IMG/VR virus record: IMGVR_UViG_2886410390_000001
Location: 1-64,000 of that record
DNA length: 64,000 bases
From: a virus
Lineage: Duplodnaviria > Caudoviricetes
Direction: 5' to 3' (one strand)
Made by a program: the position numbers and the translations under genes. Below are positions 36,894 through 46,264 of the stretch, piece after piece. The notes beneath the pieces were generated by a model that worked only from the letters and a program-made list of their open reading frames with translations, was not told the DNA's origin and ran no database searches. Within the stretch, counting starts at the first letter, position 1. Each line of letters starts with the position of its first letter.

Positions 36894-39393
36894 GAAGGGC
36901 CCCCTCATCGGCTACGGCGGCAACAGCGGCGGCAAGGGCGGCAGCGAGGCCCAGCGCTCGCCGGTGGAGCGCCCAGACACGCTGAAGTCGTCCGCGCACG
37001 CGCGTGTCCTCGACTTGCTGTGCGAGGGCGAAATCGAAGGACTCGTGGACGGGCTGAAGTCCGTCTACCTCGACGGCGTGCCGGTGCAGAACCCGGACGG
37101 CAGCTTCAACTTCCGCGACGTCACCCTCTACGACGTGAAGGGCACGCAGTCGCAGGAGTACATCCCCGGGTTTCCTTCGGCGGAGGCTGAGTACGTCGTC
37201 AACACCGAGGTGAAGAAGGACACGCCGGTGGTGCGCACCGTCACCGACGCCAGTGTGGACGCGGTGCGCGTCACCGTGCAGGTGCCGCAGCTGTCCCAGC
37301 AGCAGCCCGTCACGGGGGACCTCGGCCCTGACCTCGTCGCCATCGCCATTGACGTGCAGAGCAACGGCGGCGGCTACGTTGCCCAGGACTTGAAGGGGGC
37401 GGGCACCATTTCTGGCAAGTGCACCAGCCCCTACGAGAGGACGTACCGCGTGGAGCTCACCGGCAGCCCGCCGTGGGACATCCGCGTGCGGCGCCTCACC
37501 GCGGACAGCAGCTCCGCCACGCGGCAGAACAAGACGTACTGGAAGTCCTACGCCACGCTGGTGGACGAGAAGCTCAGCTTCCCCAACAGCGCGCTGTGTG
37601 CGCTGCAGGTGTCCGCGCACCAATTCCAGTCCATTCCCACGCGCAGCTACCGCATTCGCGGGCTGAAGGTGCGGGTGCCCTCCAACTACAACCCCACCAC
37701 GCGGGCGTACACCGGCACGTGGGACGGCACCTTTCAGGTGGCGTGGACGGACAACCCGGCCTGGTGCTTCTACGACTTGCTGACGACGAAGCGCTACGGC
37801 CTGGGCCGCTTCCTCAACCCGGCCCACGTGGACAAGTGGGGGCTGTACACCATTGCCCGCTACTGCGACGAGTTGGTGCCGGACGGGAAGGGCGGCATGG
37901 AGCCGCGCTTCCGCTGCAACCTCTACCTCCAGACGCAGGCGGACGCGTACCAGGTCGTCAACAACCTCGCCTCCGTCTTCCGCGGCATGACGTACTGGGC
38001 GAGCGGCGCGGTGTACGTCGCCCAGGACGCGCCCCGGGACGCCGAGTACCTCTTCACCCCGGCCAACGTGGTGGACGGCCTCTTCACCTACTCCAGTAGC
38101 GGCCGGCGCGCGCGCCACACCGTGGCGCTGGTGACGTGGAACGACCCGGCCAACCACTACCAGTCCGCGAAGGAGTACGTGGCCGACGAGGAGGGCCTCG
38201 CCACCTACGGCTACAACCCCACCGAGGTGGTGGCCCTGGGCTGTACCTCGCGCAGCCAGGCGCAGCGGGTGGGCCGGTGGTTGCTGTACACCGAGAGGCT
38301 GGAGACGGAGACGGTGGTATTCCGCACTGGCCTCGAGGGGGCGCTGCGCAACCCCGGCGCCGTGGTGAAGGTGCTGGACTCGCACCGGGCCGGCCGCCGC
38401 TGGGGCGGGCGCGTGGTGGCCGCCACCGCCTCCCTCGTCGAGCTCGACTCGGACGTCACCGTGGAGGTGGGCAAGGCGTACACCCTCTTCGTGGTGCTGC
38501 CGGACGGGAAGGTGGAGGAGCGGCCCCTGGCGACGCTGCCCCCGGCGCCGTACCGGGCCCTTACCGTCGCCACGCCCTTCTCCGCGGCGCCGACGCCTCA
38601 GGCCGTCTGGGTGCTCGCCGCGTCCGACTTGGCGCCCACCACGTGGCGCATTCTCAGCGTCAGCGAGGTGGAGCCGCACCTGTATGAAGTCACCGCGCTG
38701 CGCCACCACCCCGGCAAGTACGCGGAAGTGGAGTACGGGGTGAAGGTGCAGCCGGTGCCCACCTCGGTGCTTCCATCCTCCGCGCCGCCCGCGGGGCTGG
38801 TGCTGGGGGAGAGCCTCTACAAGACGACCAACGGAGGGCTGAAGGTGTCCCTCAACGCGCGGTGGACGCAGCACCCGGGCGCCACTGAGTACGTGGTGCG
38901 CTGGCGGCAGGCCGGGGGCAACTGGGCCACGGAGAGGGGCGTGCAGGTGCACTTCTGGGAGCTGCGGGACATTGCCCCCGGCCCGTACAGCGTGCAGGTG
39001 GCCGCCGTCCTCAACGGCCTCGTCACCGCCTTCTCCGAGGCCTCGTACACGGTGCTGGGCAAGGCCGCGCCTCCGTCGGACGTCACCGGTTTCGCCTACA
39101 GCCTCAACGGCAACACGGCCACGCTGCGCTGGGCGGAAATCGCCGACTTGGACAGGGACATGTACGAGCTGCGCTACGGCGGACTCGCCTGGGAGAGCGC
39201 CACCTTCATCGCCAAGGTGCGCGCCACCGCGCACGAGTGGCCGCTGCCGTCGCCCGCCAACTACACGGTGTGGCTGAAGGCCGTGGACACCTCGGGCAAC
39301 CCCAGCGCCAACGCGGCGTCCGTCACCGTGCTGGCCGCGCCCACCACGCCGGCCTCCGTCACCATGACGGTGTCCTCCACCCCGCCAGCCTGA
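36886..39393 (+). CDS. Baseplate hub / central tail fibre (lambda gpJ-like, short, 835 aa)
   Basis: GGKGG, DLLCEGEIEGL, WTDNPAW.FYD, CN, FRGM, GCTSRSQAQR.GRW; FnIII-like C-terminal domains. Confidence 0.95.
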   Translation: MSEKGPLIGYGGNSGGKGGSEAQRSPVERPDTLKSSAHARVLDLLCEGEIEGLVDGLKSVYLDGVPVQNPDGSFNFRDVTLYDVKGTQSQEYIPGFPSAEAEYVVNTEVKKDTPVVRTVTDASVDAVRVTVQVPQLSQQQPVTGDLGPDLVAIAIDVQSNGGGYVAQDLKGAGTISGKCTSPYERTYRVELTGSPPWDIRVRRLTADSSSATRQNKTYWKSYATLVDEKLSFPNSALCALQVSAHQFQSIPTRSYRIRGLKVRVPSNYNPTTRAYTGTWDGTFQVAWTDNPAWCFYDLLTTKRYGLGRFLNPAHVDKWGLYTIARYCDELVPDGKGGMEPRFRCNLYLQTQADAYQVVNNLASVFRGMTYWASGAVYVAQDAPRDAEYLFTPANVVDGLFTYSSSGRRARHTVALVTWNDPANHYQSAKEYVADEEGLATYGYNPTEVVALGCTSRSQAQRVGRWLLYTERLETETVVFRTGLEGALRNPGAVVKVLDSHRAGRRWGGRVVAATASLVELDSDVTVEVGKAYTLFVVLPDGKVEERPLATLPPAPYRALTVATPFSAAPTPQAVWVLAASDLAPTTWRILSVSEVEPHLYEVTALRHHPGKYAEVEYGVKVQPVPTSVLPSSAPPAGLVLGESLYKTTNGGLKVSLNARWTQHPGATEYVVRWRQAGGNWATERGVQVHFWELRDIAPGPYSVQVAAVLNGLVTAFSEASYTVLGKAAPPSDVTGFAYSLNGNTATLRWAEIADLDRDMYELRYGGLAWESATFIAKVRATAHEWPLPSPANYTVWLKAVDTSGNPSANAASVTVLAAPTTPASVTMTVSSTPPA

Positions 39394-39406
39394 GGAAGAA
39401 GACGTC

Positions 39407-41521
39407 ATGCGAGCTCGCGAGAGAGAAGGCGTCGGCGGCGTCATCGAGGACGGCACCCCCACCAACCGGACGCCCCGCATCCTCAAGCCGAAGTACCTCG
39501 ACATCCGCTGGGCGCACACCGAGGTGCTGCCGGCCCACCTGCTGGTGGGCTTCCAGGTGGCCGTCTTCACCGGCAATGACCCGAACAACACCGACGCCTA
39601 CCTCGTGGAGCCGGTGCGGGTGGGGCCTTCCGAGAGGCGCGCGGTGGTGTCGCTGCGGGTGGCCACCACGCAGAATGTCCGCTGTGCCGTCCAGGCCCTC
39701 TACTCCAACGGCAACCAGAGTAGCTGGCGCGTCCTTGGCGGGGCGGTGGCGACGGACCCGGACACCGTCACCATGGCGGTGCAAGACTTGTCCAACGTCA
39801 CGGCCGGCGCGGTGAAGCCGGCGCACCTGGCCGCCGCGGCCGTCACCAGTGACAAGGTGGCTGCCAGCGCCATCGCCACCCAGCACCTGCTGCTGCCGCC
39901 GTCGGACAACCTCGTGCCCAATGGCTACAGCGAGGCGGGGACGGCGGCGCTGGGTAAGTCGCCAGAGGGTAGCTACCTCGTCAATGACCCGGCCAACGCG
40001 CGCGAGGGCAATTGGTGTCGAAAGCTCCCCCTCGTCGCGGGGGCATACTCGGCCATCGCCTTCGCTGGAGAAATTCCGTGCGCCAGCGGGGACCAGTTCT
40101 ACGCCGAGGCGTGGGTGAAGCTTTCCGCGGCGCCCTCCGCGCCGCCTCCGTGGAACCTGTACCTGCGCTTCTTGGACAGGACGGGCGCCCTTGTCGGGTT
40201 GCCGCTGACGACGCTGAGTACCGTCACCGCCACCTACCAACGCTTTAAGGTGACGGGCACTGCTCCGGCGGGTGCGGTGTCCGTCTCGCTCATCCTCGAC
40301 ACCTCAGGCACCCCGAATTCGGTGCCGGCGGCGGACGGAGGGAAGTCCCTCTTCATCGACGCCGTCTCCATGCGGAAAATGGTGACGTTCGACTTGCTGT
40401 CGGCCAACACCCTCAAGACGAGCAACTACGCGGAGGACGGCAACGGCATCCCGACGGCGGGTGCGAAGCTGGACAACGTGGGCACGGCGCTGAAGGTGGC
40501 GTCGGGCAACCTCCAGGTGGGCCGCTACCCGCTGGAGGCCATGTTCTACAAGAGCCTCGTCACGCTCGATGGCCCGGGCCCCGGCAACCGCTGCTTCTAC
40601 CGGGGCAACAACAACGGGGCGGTGCGGGGTGGGGCGCCCAATATCGACAGGGTGCGCGTGGAGTGCGCGGACAACATCTCCGGCGCGTCGCTGTCCTGGG
40701 CGAAGTGGCAGCTCTTCCTGGAGCCGCAGTCGCTGGACGACAACTTCGACGGCATGCGCCACGCGCGCGTGGAGTTGTGGGTGCGGCAGACGGCCAACCT
40801 GGGCTTTCGCCACCAGGTGCTCTACGCCCCGCTGGCGGACAGGGTGTACCGGGACGCCGTCGACGCCACGGCCAACAACGCCGGGGCCACTTCCTTCGAG
40901 TACATGTACGCCGGCAACATCTCCGGGCTGGCCGCCTCCAACGTGTACAACTGGTACCTGCTGGTGTCCGTCGTCAACGTGTATGGGGCGAGCGCCAGCA
41001 AGTGGTTCCTCCCGAGTGCCAGCCGCAACACGGCCTTCGCCTCGCAGTACGCGGCGCCTTTCTCCGGGGCAACGGCCGGTGGAGGTGGAGGTGGAGGAAG
41101 CGACGGGGACGGGTACTGCCCGGCGCCGTGGGAGCCGATTCTCCTCGCGGAAGGCGGCGAGGTGCCGGCGGACCTGGTGCGCCCCGGCATGCGCGTCCTC
41201 ACGTGGCACGAGGCCTCCCTGAAGCCGGACGTGTACGAGGTGGCCGGTGTCTCCAGTGCGCGGGCGCAGCGCTACCGGCTCGTGCTGGAGGACGGACGCA
41301 CGGTGGTGGCCTCGCGGCCGCACCCGCTGTACGCGGAAGGCCGTGGCTGGACGGCACTCGCTGACTTGCGGCCCGGCGACGTCCTCCTGGGCACGCGCCC
41401 GGGCCGCGTCCGGCGGGTGGAGCCGGAAGGGGAGGGCGACGTCGTGAAGCTCTCCGTCCACGGGGCCCGCACCTACCAGGTGAAGGGCCTCCTTTCCCAC
41501 AACGCCAAGCAGCGCGAGTAG
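39407..41521 (+). CDS. Tail fibre / receptor-binding protein with a CBM-like domain and C-terminal Hint domain
   Basis: AVT..K.A..AI.T fibre motif; NLVPNG...FIDAV jelly-roll-like segment; GGGGGGSDGDGY-C...SRPH...LSHN (41117-41503). Confidence 0.85.
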   Translation: MRAREREGVGGVIEDGTPTNRTPRILKPKYLDIRWAHTEVLPAHLLVGFQVAVFTGNDPNNTDAYLVEPVRVGPSERRAVVSLRVATTQNVRCAVQALYSNGNQSSWRVLGGAVATDPDTVTMAVQDLSNVTAGAVKPAHLAAAAVTSDKVAASAIATQHLLLPPSDNLVPNGYSEAGTAALGKSPEGSYLVNDPANAREGNWCRKLPLVAGAYSAIAFAGEIPCASGDQFYAEAWVKLSAAPSAPPPWNLYLRFLDRTGALVGLPLTTLSTVTATYQRFKVTGTAPAGAVSVSLILDTSGTPNSVPAADGGKSLFIDAVSMRKMVTFDLLSANTLKTSNYAEDGNGIPTAGAKLDNVGTALKVASGNLQVGRYPLEAMFYKSLVTLDGPGPGNRCFYRGNNNGAVRGGAPNIDRVRVECADNISGASLSWAKWQLFLEPQSLDDNFDGMRHARVELWVRQTANLGFRHQVLYAPLADRVYRDAVDATANNAGATSFEYMYAGNISGLAASNVYNWYLLVSVVNVYGASASKWFLPSASRNTAFASQYAAPFSGATAGGGGGGGSDGDGYCPAPWEPILLAEGGEVPADLVRPGMRVLTWHEASLKPDVYEVAGVSSARAQRYRLVLEDGRTVVASRPHPLYAEGRGWTALADLRPGDVLLGTRPGRVRRVEPEGEGDVVKLSVHGARTYQVKGLLSHNAKQRE

Positions 41522-41541
41522 CCCGCGCCAGGAGTCGCCGC

Positions 41542-42075
41542 ATGCCTCTCACCGCTGAAGAGGTGTACCAGCGCAACGCCATGGAGGCCCGGAGGCGCGA
41601 GCTGATGACGCAGTTGGCCCGAGTTCGCGGTTACCTCGACGCCTCGGCCGCGTCGTCGAAGTACTTCGCGCGCATCAACCAGGACACCCAGGTGCAGCGC
41701 GACGAGCTGGAGCGGCAGTTGCGCGAGCTGGACGCCGGCGGCACCGCGGGCCTCACCGACGACTGGGGGAAGTACTCCGCCCTCGAGCTGGCCGCCCAGG
41801 AGGATCGCTACGCCGCGAAGGCGGGGTGCTACGACTGGCTGGTGGCGCACCCCATGGCCACGCTGGCGGAGGCCGCCGCGGAGCTGGAGCGCCTCATGCT
41901 GGAGGCCCGCAGTGCGGCGGGCCGGCCCTGGCTGCTCTTGCGTGGCGAGGGCCTCGTGCGTGAGTGGCAGGCCAACGCCTTCGCGCGCGGGCTCATCCCA
42001 GAGGACGACTGGGCCGTCTTCCGGGACTGGCTCCTCGTCATCGGCAAGGACGCGGCGCTCGGCCGCGCGCTGTGA
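41542..42075 (+). CDS. Hypothetical protein after the tail fibre (possible chaperone)
   Basis: GGAG RBS; helical; function inferred from position only. Confidence 0.75.
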   Translation: MPLTAEEVYQRNAMEARRRELMTQLARVRGYLDASAASSKYFARINQDTQVQRDELERQLRELDAGGTAGLTDDWGKYSALELAAQEDRYAAKAGCYDWLVAHPMATLAEAAAELERLMLEARSAAGRPWLLLRGEGLVREWQANAFARGLIPEDDWAVFRDWLLVIGKDAALGRAL

Positions 42076-42370
42076 GGCTCCATAGGCTGAATTGGGGCCC
42101 GATGAACGGGGGCAGATCAATGCACCGAGTTGCTGGGGCCGACAGGAGGGCCATTGGCCCAGCACCCTCCATGGGTACCACCAGGACAACATCCGCTGAG
42201 ATGCCGCGCGTCACTCGATCCACGCGGCAACCAGGAAGGGCATAGGGTGTTTTCGTTCCAGGGTGTATTAGCCTGCTGGCTATCTGCCGCGTCTGCCCAC
42301 TTTTCCAGAGGAAAAACCACAAAGTGCGGGAGAGTCACGGAAGCAGGGGACTCTCGCTACGGGGAAAGAA

Positions 42371-43885
42371 TTACTTTGTGGACATACCCTGTGCCCCAGC
42401 CTTGTTCGAACCCTTGGTCTTGTCGGTAACTGCCTTTCGCAACTCAACAGGCATGAACATGCCCCTTGGCCATGCCGCAGCGTTCGCGCCCCATCCGATG
42501 TATTGATATTGATAATAAGGCCCCAGTGGGTGGTCTGGATCAGAACGCAAAAGAAGCAATGGTTTTCGGTTCTCACCAACCTTGATAGTTTCTGATTTAC
42601 CATCAGTTGCGACGATGAGGTCACCGCTCACATCTCGCGGAATATTGAACTCGAAAGTATTCCCGAGCGAGACAGGCCAAATCCTGGCCTGTTGGGGTGG
42701 CTTTGGCACTGTTCCCGTGACGTTGATGGTCCCGCACAAGGCAACAGAAACACTGCGAGAACCTAGTTGCTGACAAGCTCGGACATGTTGAGGTTGTGAT
42801 ACCTCCCATGTGAGGCGACCGGGGTCGCCCACGGCGTTCCAACCGCATGAACCATCGTTGTCCCGCGCGCACGTATACTGGGGATTGGTGATAGTCTCGC
42901 TGGCGTTGGTGGTTCTTAACTCAGCACAGACTCTATAGCGCAACCACCTATTATCAACGCAGTCATAGCCTGGTTCTTTTGCTCGGTTGACGGGAAACGT
43001 GAACTTGCCTCCAGTGGACACCTGTTTTATGCAGCGCTCATTGTGAAGATTGAGTGAGTCGACTATTGGCCCGCATGCTCGGTACTGGTTTGTTACACCG
43101 GTGGTGGTGGCGACAACATTGAGAACAACGGTTCCCTCAGGCTTGGGGTTCGGCCGGGTCGCAGATACGACGGAAGTCCCACGACTGTGGTTGATAGCCA
43201 CAGTGCCAACTCTTGATTCGGCATTCCAACTGCAGACGACGGCATTGCCCTCTCCCTCGAAGGATATGGCCGAATTCTGTGGAATTGGGGCCTTCGGGCA
43301 CGCAAGTCCCGTGGCATCAATGCTTTGGAAGTTCGGTGCACCTGCATCTGGATTGACGTTCCTATCCCATCTAAATGTCACAGTAACTGTCTCAAGCGTA
43401 CTGGCCTTTACGTTGGCCTTGACAGGCGCTGGGGCTGCGGAATTGTGAGTGGTGGAATAGAGATTCATACACGCCTGCCATGCCTGAAGCGCCTCAGGTG
43501 TGGTATAGCGTTGGAAGATAGAGAGCGAACTGCGCGACGAGACGTAAAGGCCTACATCGCTGCAATACGCCTTATTAGTCACCTGTCGTGCTGTGGATTT
43601 CCCGTTTGCAGCGACATCAATGACCCATACTGACAAGTCTCCATTGCCTTCAACAGCACTAGTCTCGTCGTGAAAATAGTTTTCGCAGGCGATCTTGCGA
43701 AAAGCAGTGTCTGCGTTCTCATTGCTCGTTGCACGAAGTTCATTCGGGAGCAAACTTAGAGCGCAGGCTCTTCCAAATGCCTCTATGTCATCAGCCTCTG
43801 CCTCGGCCACTATAGGCAGTAGTGTTAAAGTCATAGCCATAAGCAGAGGAAGAAGAACGCCACTTCTCACCACTAAAGTCGGCAT
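42371..43885 (-). CDS. Moron: secreted Cys-containing beta-rich protein (504 aa)
   Basis: Low GC; signal peptide ending AEA; many spaced Cys. Confidence 0.8.
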   Translation of the reverse strand: MPTLVVRSGVLLPLLMAMTLTLLPIVAEAEADDIEAFGRACALSLLPNELRATSNENADTAFRKIACENYFHDETSAVEGNGDLSVWVIDVAANGKSTARQVTNKAYCSDVGLYVSSRSSLSIFQRYTTPEALQAWQACMNLYSTTHNSAAPAPVKANVKASTLETVTVTFRWDRNVNPDAGAPNFQSIDATGLACPKAPIPQNSAISFEGEGNAVVCSWNAESRVGTVAINHSRGTSVVSATRPNPKPEGTVVLNVVATTTGVTNQYRACGPIVDSLNLHNERCIKQVSTGGKFTFPVNRAKEPGYDCVDNRWLRYRVCAELRTTNASETITNPQYTCARDNDGSCGWNAVGDPGRLTWEVSQPQHVRACQQLGSRSVSVALCGTINVTGTVPKPPQQARIWPVSLGNTFEFNIPRDVSGDLIVATDGKSETIKVGENRKPLLLLRSDPDHPLGPYYQYQYIGWGANAAAWPRGMFMPVELRKAVTDKTKGSNKAGAQGMSTK

Positions 43886-44325
43886 GGATACGCCTCCGTG
43901 GGCAGCGAAAAGACCGCGAACTGCAGTAAGACGCTTCCCTACTCGAAGCGAAAAGTAAAGCCCCCCAAATAGCAGCCAGTGGTTTCCGAGCCAGCAAGCG
44001 CATGATGGTAGAGATCTGAACTCGCGTTCGTCCTCGCCCCGCCCGCGAATAGAGGCGCTCTCTCGGTTCTCATGGCGCCTCCGCGCCGTGCAGCCCGACC
44101 AGGAGCCGGCCGGGGAACCCCAGCACTGATTTTCCCAGTAAGTCTCTGGAACGCCGCCGGGTGAACGCGGGAGAGCGCATCCGGCTCCGACATGTGATCT
44201 CAGGACGAGGGGCGGGAGTAGCTTCAGAAGTGGAGCGATAACAGGGTCCTTGCGGCAGTGACGCATGAAGAGTCGGTGCGGCAGGCGGAGGCGTTGGGCT
44301 GGCATGCCAGGAGCGGGGCCCAGGC

Positions 44326-44463
44326 ATGAAGGGCATGGCGGACCTGCTGCGCCTCTACTGGCTTGCCCTGCACCACGGCTTGGTGGTGCAGGGCGACAAC
44401 CACGCCCTGCGCATCAACGTGGACGCGGGCTCGGTGGTGCTGGAAAAGAAGCCGGTCGCGTAG
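44326..44463 (+). CDS. Small ORF (45 aa) or remnant
   Basis: MKGMADLLRLYWLALHHG...; high GC3. Confidence 0.35.
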   Translation: MKGMADLLRLYWLALHHGLVVQGDNHALRINVDAGSVVLEKKPVA

Positions 44464-44541
44464 GCTCCCCGGCTGAGGCCACCGGAGGTTTCCTCACGGT
44501 TTGGGGTTGCATCCTCAAAGTTCGAGGTTACTATCTCCGGC

Positions 44542-44859
44542 ATGGACTCTCCAGTGACGGCGAAGGCGGCCATCTTGTCCGTGCTGATGAGCGGCAAGAG
44601 CTTCGGCCTGGAAATCATCGACAAGGTGAAGGAGCGCACGGGCGGGAGCGTCGTGCTCAACGAGGGCAGCGTGTACCCGGCCCTCAAGGCGATGGAACGA
44701 GAGGGACTCCTGCGCAGCTTCGACGGCGAGCCCATGCCAGAACGGGGGGGGCGCCCGCGGCGCTACTACGAACTGACGGGCGAGGGGCGACGCGCAGCGA
44801 CGGCGCAGCAGAGGGCCGTGTCGGGGCTCTGGGGGCTGCGGCCGGCGGAGGGGGGCTAG
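44542..44859 (+). CDS. PadR-family transcriptional regulator
   Basis: AILSVL, GLEII, GSVYPALKAMEREGLL, RRYYELTGEG. Confidence 0.93.
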   Translation: MDSPVTAKAAILSVLMSGKSFGLEIIDKVKERTGGSVVLNEGSVYPALKAMEREGLLRSFDGEPMPERGGRPRRYYELTGEGRRAATAQQRAVSGLWGLRPAEGG

Positions 44860-44862
44860 GCA

Positions 44863-45336
44863 ATGACGCAAAGGTCAATAGTGTTGGTTCGGAACCTCGC
44901 TGCGCCCTCCGTGTTTGTCGCGGTGACCGTATTGAGCTACGCCATCACCAGTACGGTGGAAGACCAGGACCTCGTGCGGTCCATCCTCGCGGGGCTCGTG
45001 CTCCTTTGTGGGGCGGTCTTCTCCGTGGTGCAATTGTGGAAGTTCATCGGGCGGGCTCGCTCCATTTCTACCCGAGCAGCAGGCCCACAGACCATCAAGC
45101 TGGCAACGAATGCTCTCGACGCGCTGGCGGCGATTGTCCCCAGCCGCATCGCCAACGAAGAAATCGGAGATGCTCTGGAATTCATGCTCCGCATGAAGAA
45201 GGCAAAGCGACCGAAGAGCCTCATCTACGCGAAGGTTGCCACGACGTACGCATATGTCCTCGTTCACACGGGGCTCCACTACGCCGAGCGCATCGCCGGC
45301 ATCATCGGCAAGGCGACGGGCGGCAAGGGCGACTGA
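44863..45336 (+). CDS. Two-TM membrane protein, PadR operon partner
   Basis: Two TM helices, EEIGDALE; starts 3 nt after the PadR stop. Confidence 0.75.
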   Translation: MTQRSIVLVRNLAAPSVFVAVTVLSYAITSTVEDQDLVRSILAGLVLLCGAVFSVVQLWKFIGRARSISTRAAGPQTIKLATNALDALAAIVPSRIANEEIGDALEFMLRMKKAKRPKSLIYAKVATTYAYVLVHTGLHYAERIAGIIGKATGGKGD

Positions 45337-45362
45337 GTAGCCCCGCGCCGTGAGCAACTCCT

Positions 45363-45394
45363 GCGGCCCGCTACCAACTCCGGTGGCGGGCCGC
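45363..45394. terminator. GC-rich hairpin between convergent genes
   Basis: GCGGCCCGCTACC...GGTGGCGGGCCGC. Confidence 0.6.
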
Positions 45395-45413
45395 TGCGTT
45401 TCAGGGCGTCCCG

Positions 45414-45623
45414 TCACGCCGCAGCCTGCTGGGCCTCCGCAGGCGCGTCCCGGGCGCCCAGCACCTTGAGGACGAGTTCGTCCATCTCGAGGTGCGCGGC
45501 GCGGGCCTGCTGGTACCTGGTCCGCGCGGCCGGGCTGCCGTCCAGGTTCTGCACGGCCTGCTGCATATCCTCCTCCACCTCTTCCAGGCGCTTCGCGAGC
45601 GCCAACCTCTGCTGGATGTCCAT
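45414..45623 (-). CDS. Small helical hypothetical protein
   Basis: 69 aa, amphipathic, high GC3. Confidence 0.6.
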   Translation of the reverse strand: MDIQQRLALAKRLEEVEEDMQQAVQNLDGSPAARTRYQQARAAHLEMDELVLKVLGARDAPAEAQQAAA

Positions 45624-45711
45624 GCCTGCGGCGTAGAGCAGGAGGCGTGCCGCAGGCTTCAGTCCTCACCCGCCGCGTCGAGGTCCATCAGCCCGGACTT
45701 GTCCACCGCGC

Positions 45712-46056
45712 TCAGCGGTCGCCACAGGGCGGGCGGTACCGGAGGCGCAGCGCACGTTCGAGACGCAGCCGCAGCGTTTGCGGCAGGGCCGACGTCGGGG
45801 TGTAGTGGATGGCCACCCATAGGTTGCCGGTGACGGATACCCGCTCCCAATCCTGCCGCCTGTCATGGTGAGCGTGCCGAGTCCTGGCCTGCCCTGACTC
45901 GCCAACGTCCAGCACGGGCGGCATGGCGAATTGGAACAGGCGCGGCTCTCCATCTAGCACCAGGTACACGCACGCCTCGTCCCGGCAGGCCACATGGTCA
46001 AGGGGGAAGCAGTCGTAGGTCAGCCCGTCCATGGGCACAGTCACAGGACACGTCAT
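45712..46056 (-). CDS. Minimal GIY-YIG-like nuclease
   Basis: AAAGGAG RBS; VYLVL...VLDVGES...RTR..HH...W...R.RLE..L..RY.PPC. Confidence 0.6.
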   Translation of the reverse strand: MTCPVTVPMDGLTYDCFPLDHVACRDEACVYLVLDGEPRLFQFAMPPVLDVGESGQARTRHAHHDRRQDWERVSVTGNLWVAIHYTPTSALPQTLRLRLERALRLRYRPPCGDR

Positions 46057-46264
46057 CTCGTTCTCCTTTGAGGCGCCCACCATGGGCGCGACTGCGGCCA
46101 TCCTCCGGCGTGCCGTGGACATTGTTCAGTGGAGCGCCGGAATCCAACGCAACCATGTGGAAGGACGTCGGTTTCCCCCGTGGAGTCCGTGGACAATTTT
46201 CAGCGGGCCCGCCAGTGACGGCCGTACGGGACTCGTACCCCACCCGTCCCACAGCCCCACCTGC

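Noticed and set aside
39388-39410. Readthrough or frameshift fusing gpJ to the fibre
   Set aside because: The frames differ, the fibre has its own RBS and ATG, and no slippery site is visible.
41078-41100. GGTGGAGGTGGAGGTGGAGGA microsatellite
   Set aside because: It encodes the Gly linker before the Hint domain; no sign of a phase-variable tract.
36474-41503. Hint domains as ordinary selfish inteins
   Set aside because: There is no +1 Cys/Ser/Thr, no homing endonuclease and almost no C-extein, so canonical splicing is not supported.
41117-41521. Hedgehog-like sterol transfer by the fibre Hint
   Set aside because: Only 5 residues follow the Asn, so there is no sterol-recognition region. It is kept only as a general nucleophile-capture idea.
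39407-44300. Diversity-generating retroelement or invertible fibre cassette
   Set aside because: No reverse transcriptase, recombinase, template/variable repeat pair or inverted repeats were seen.
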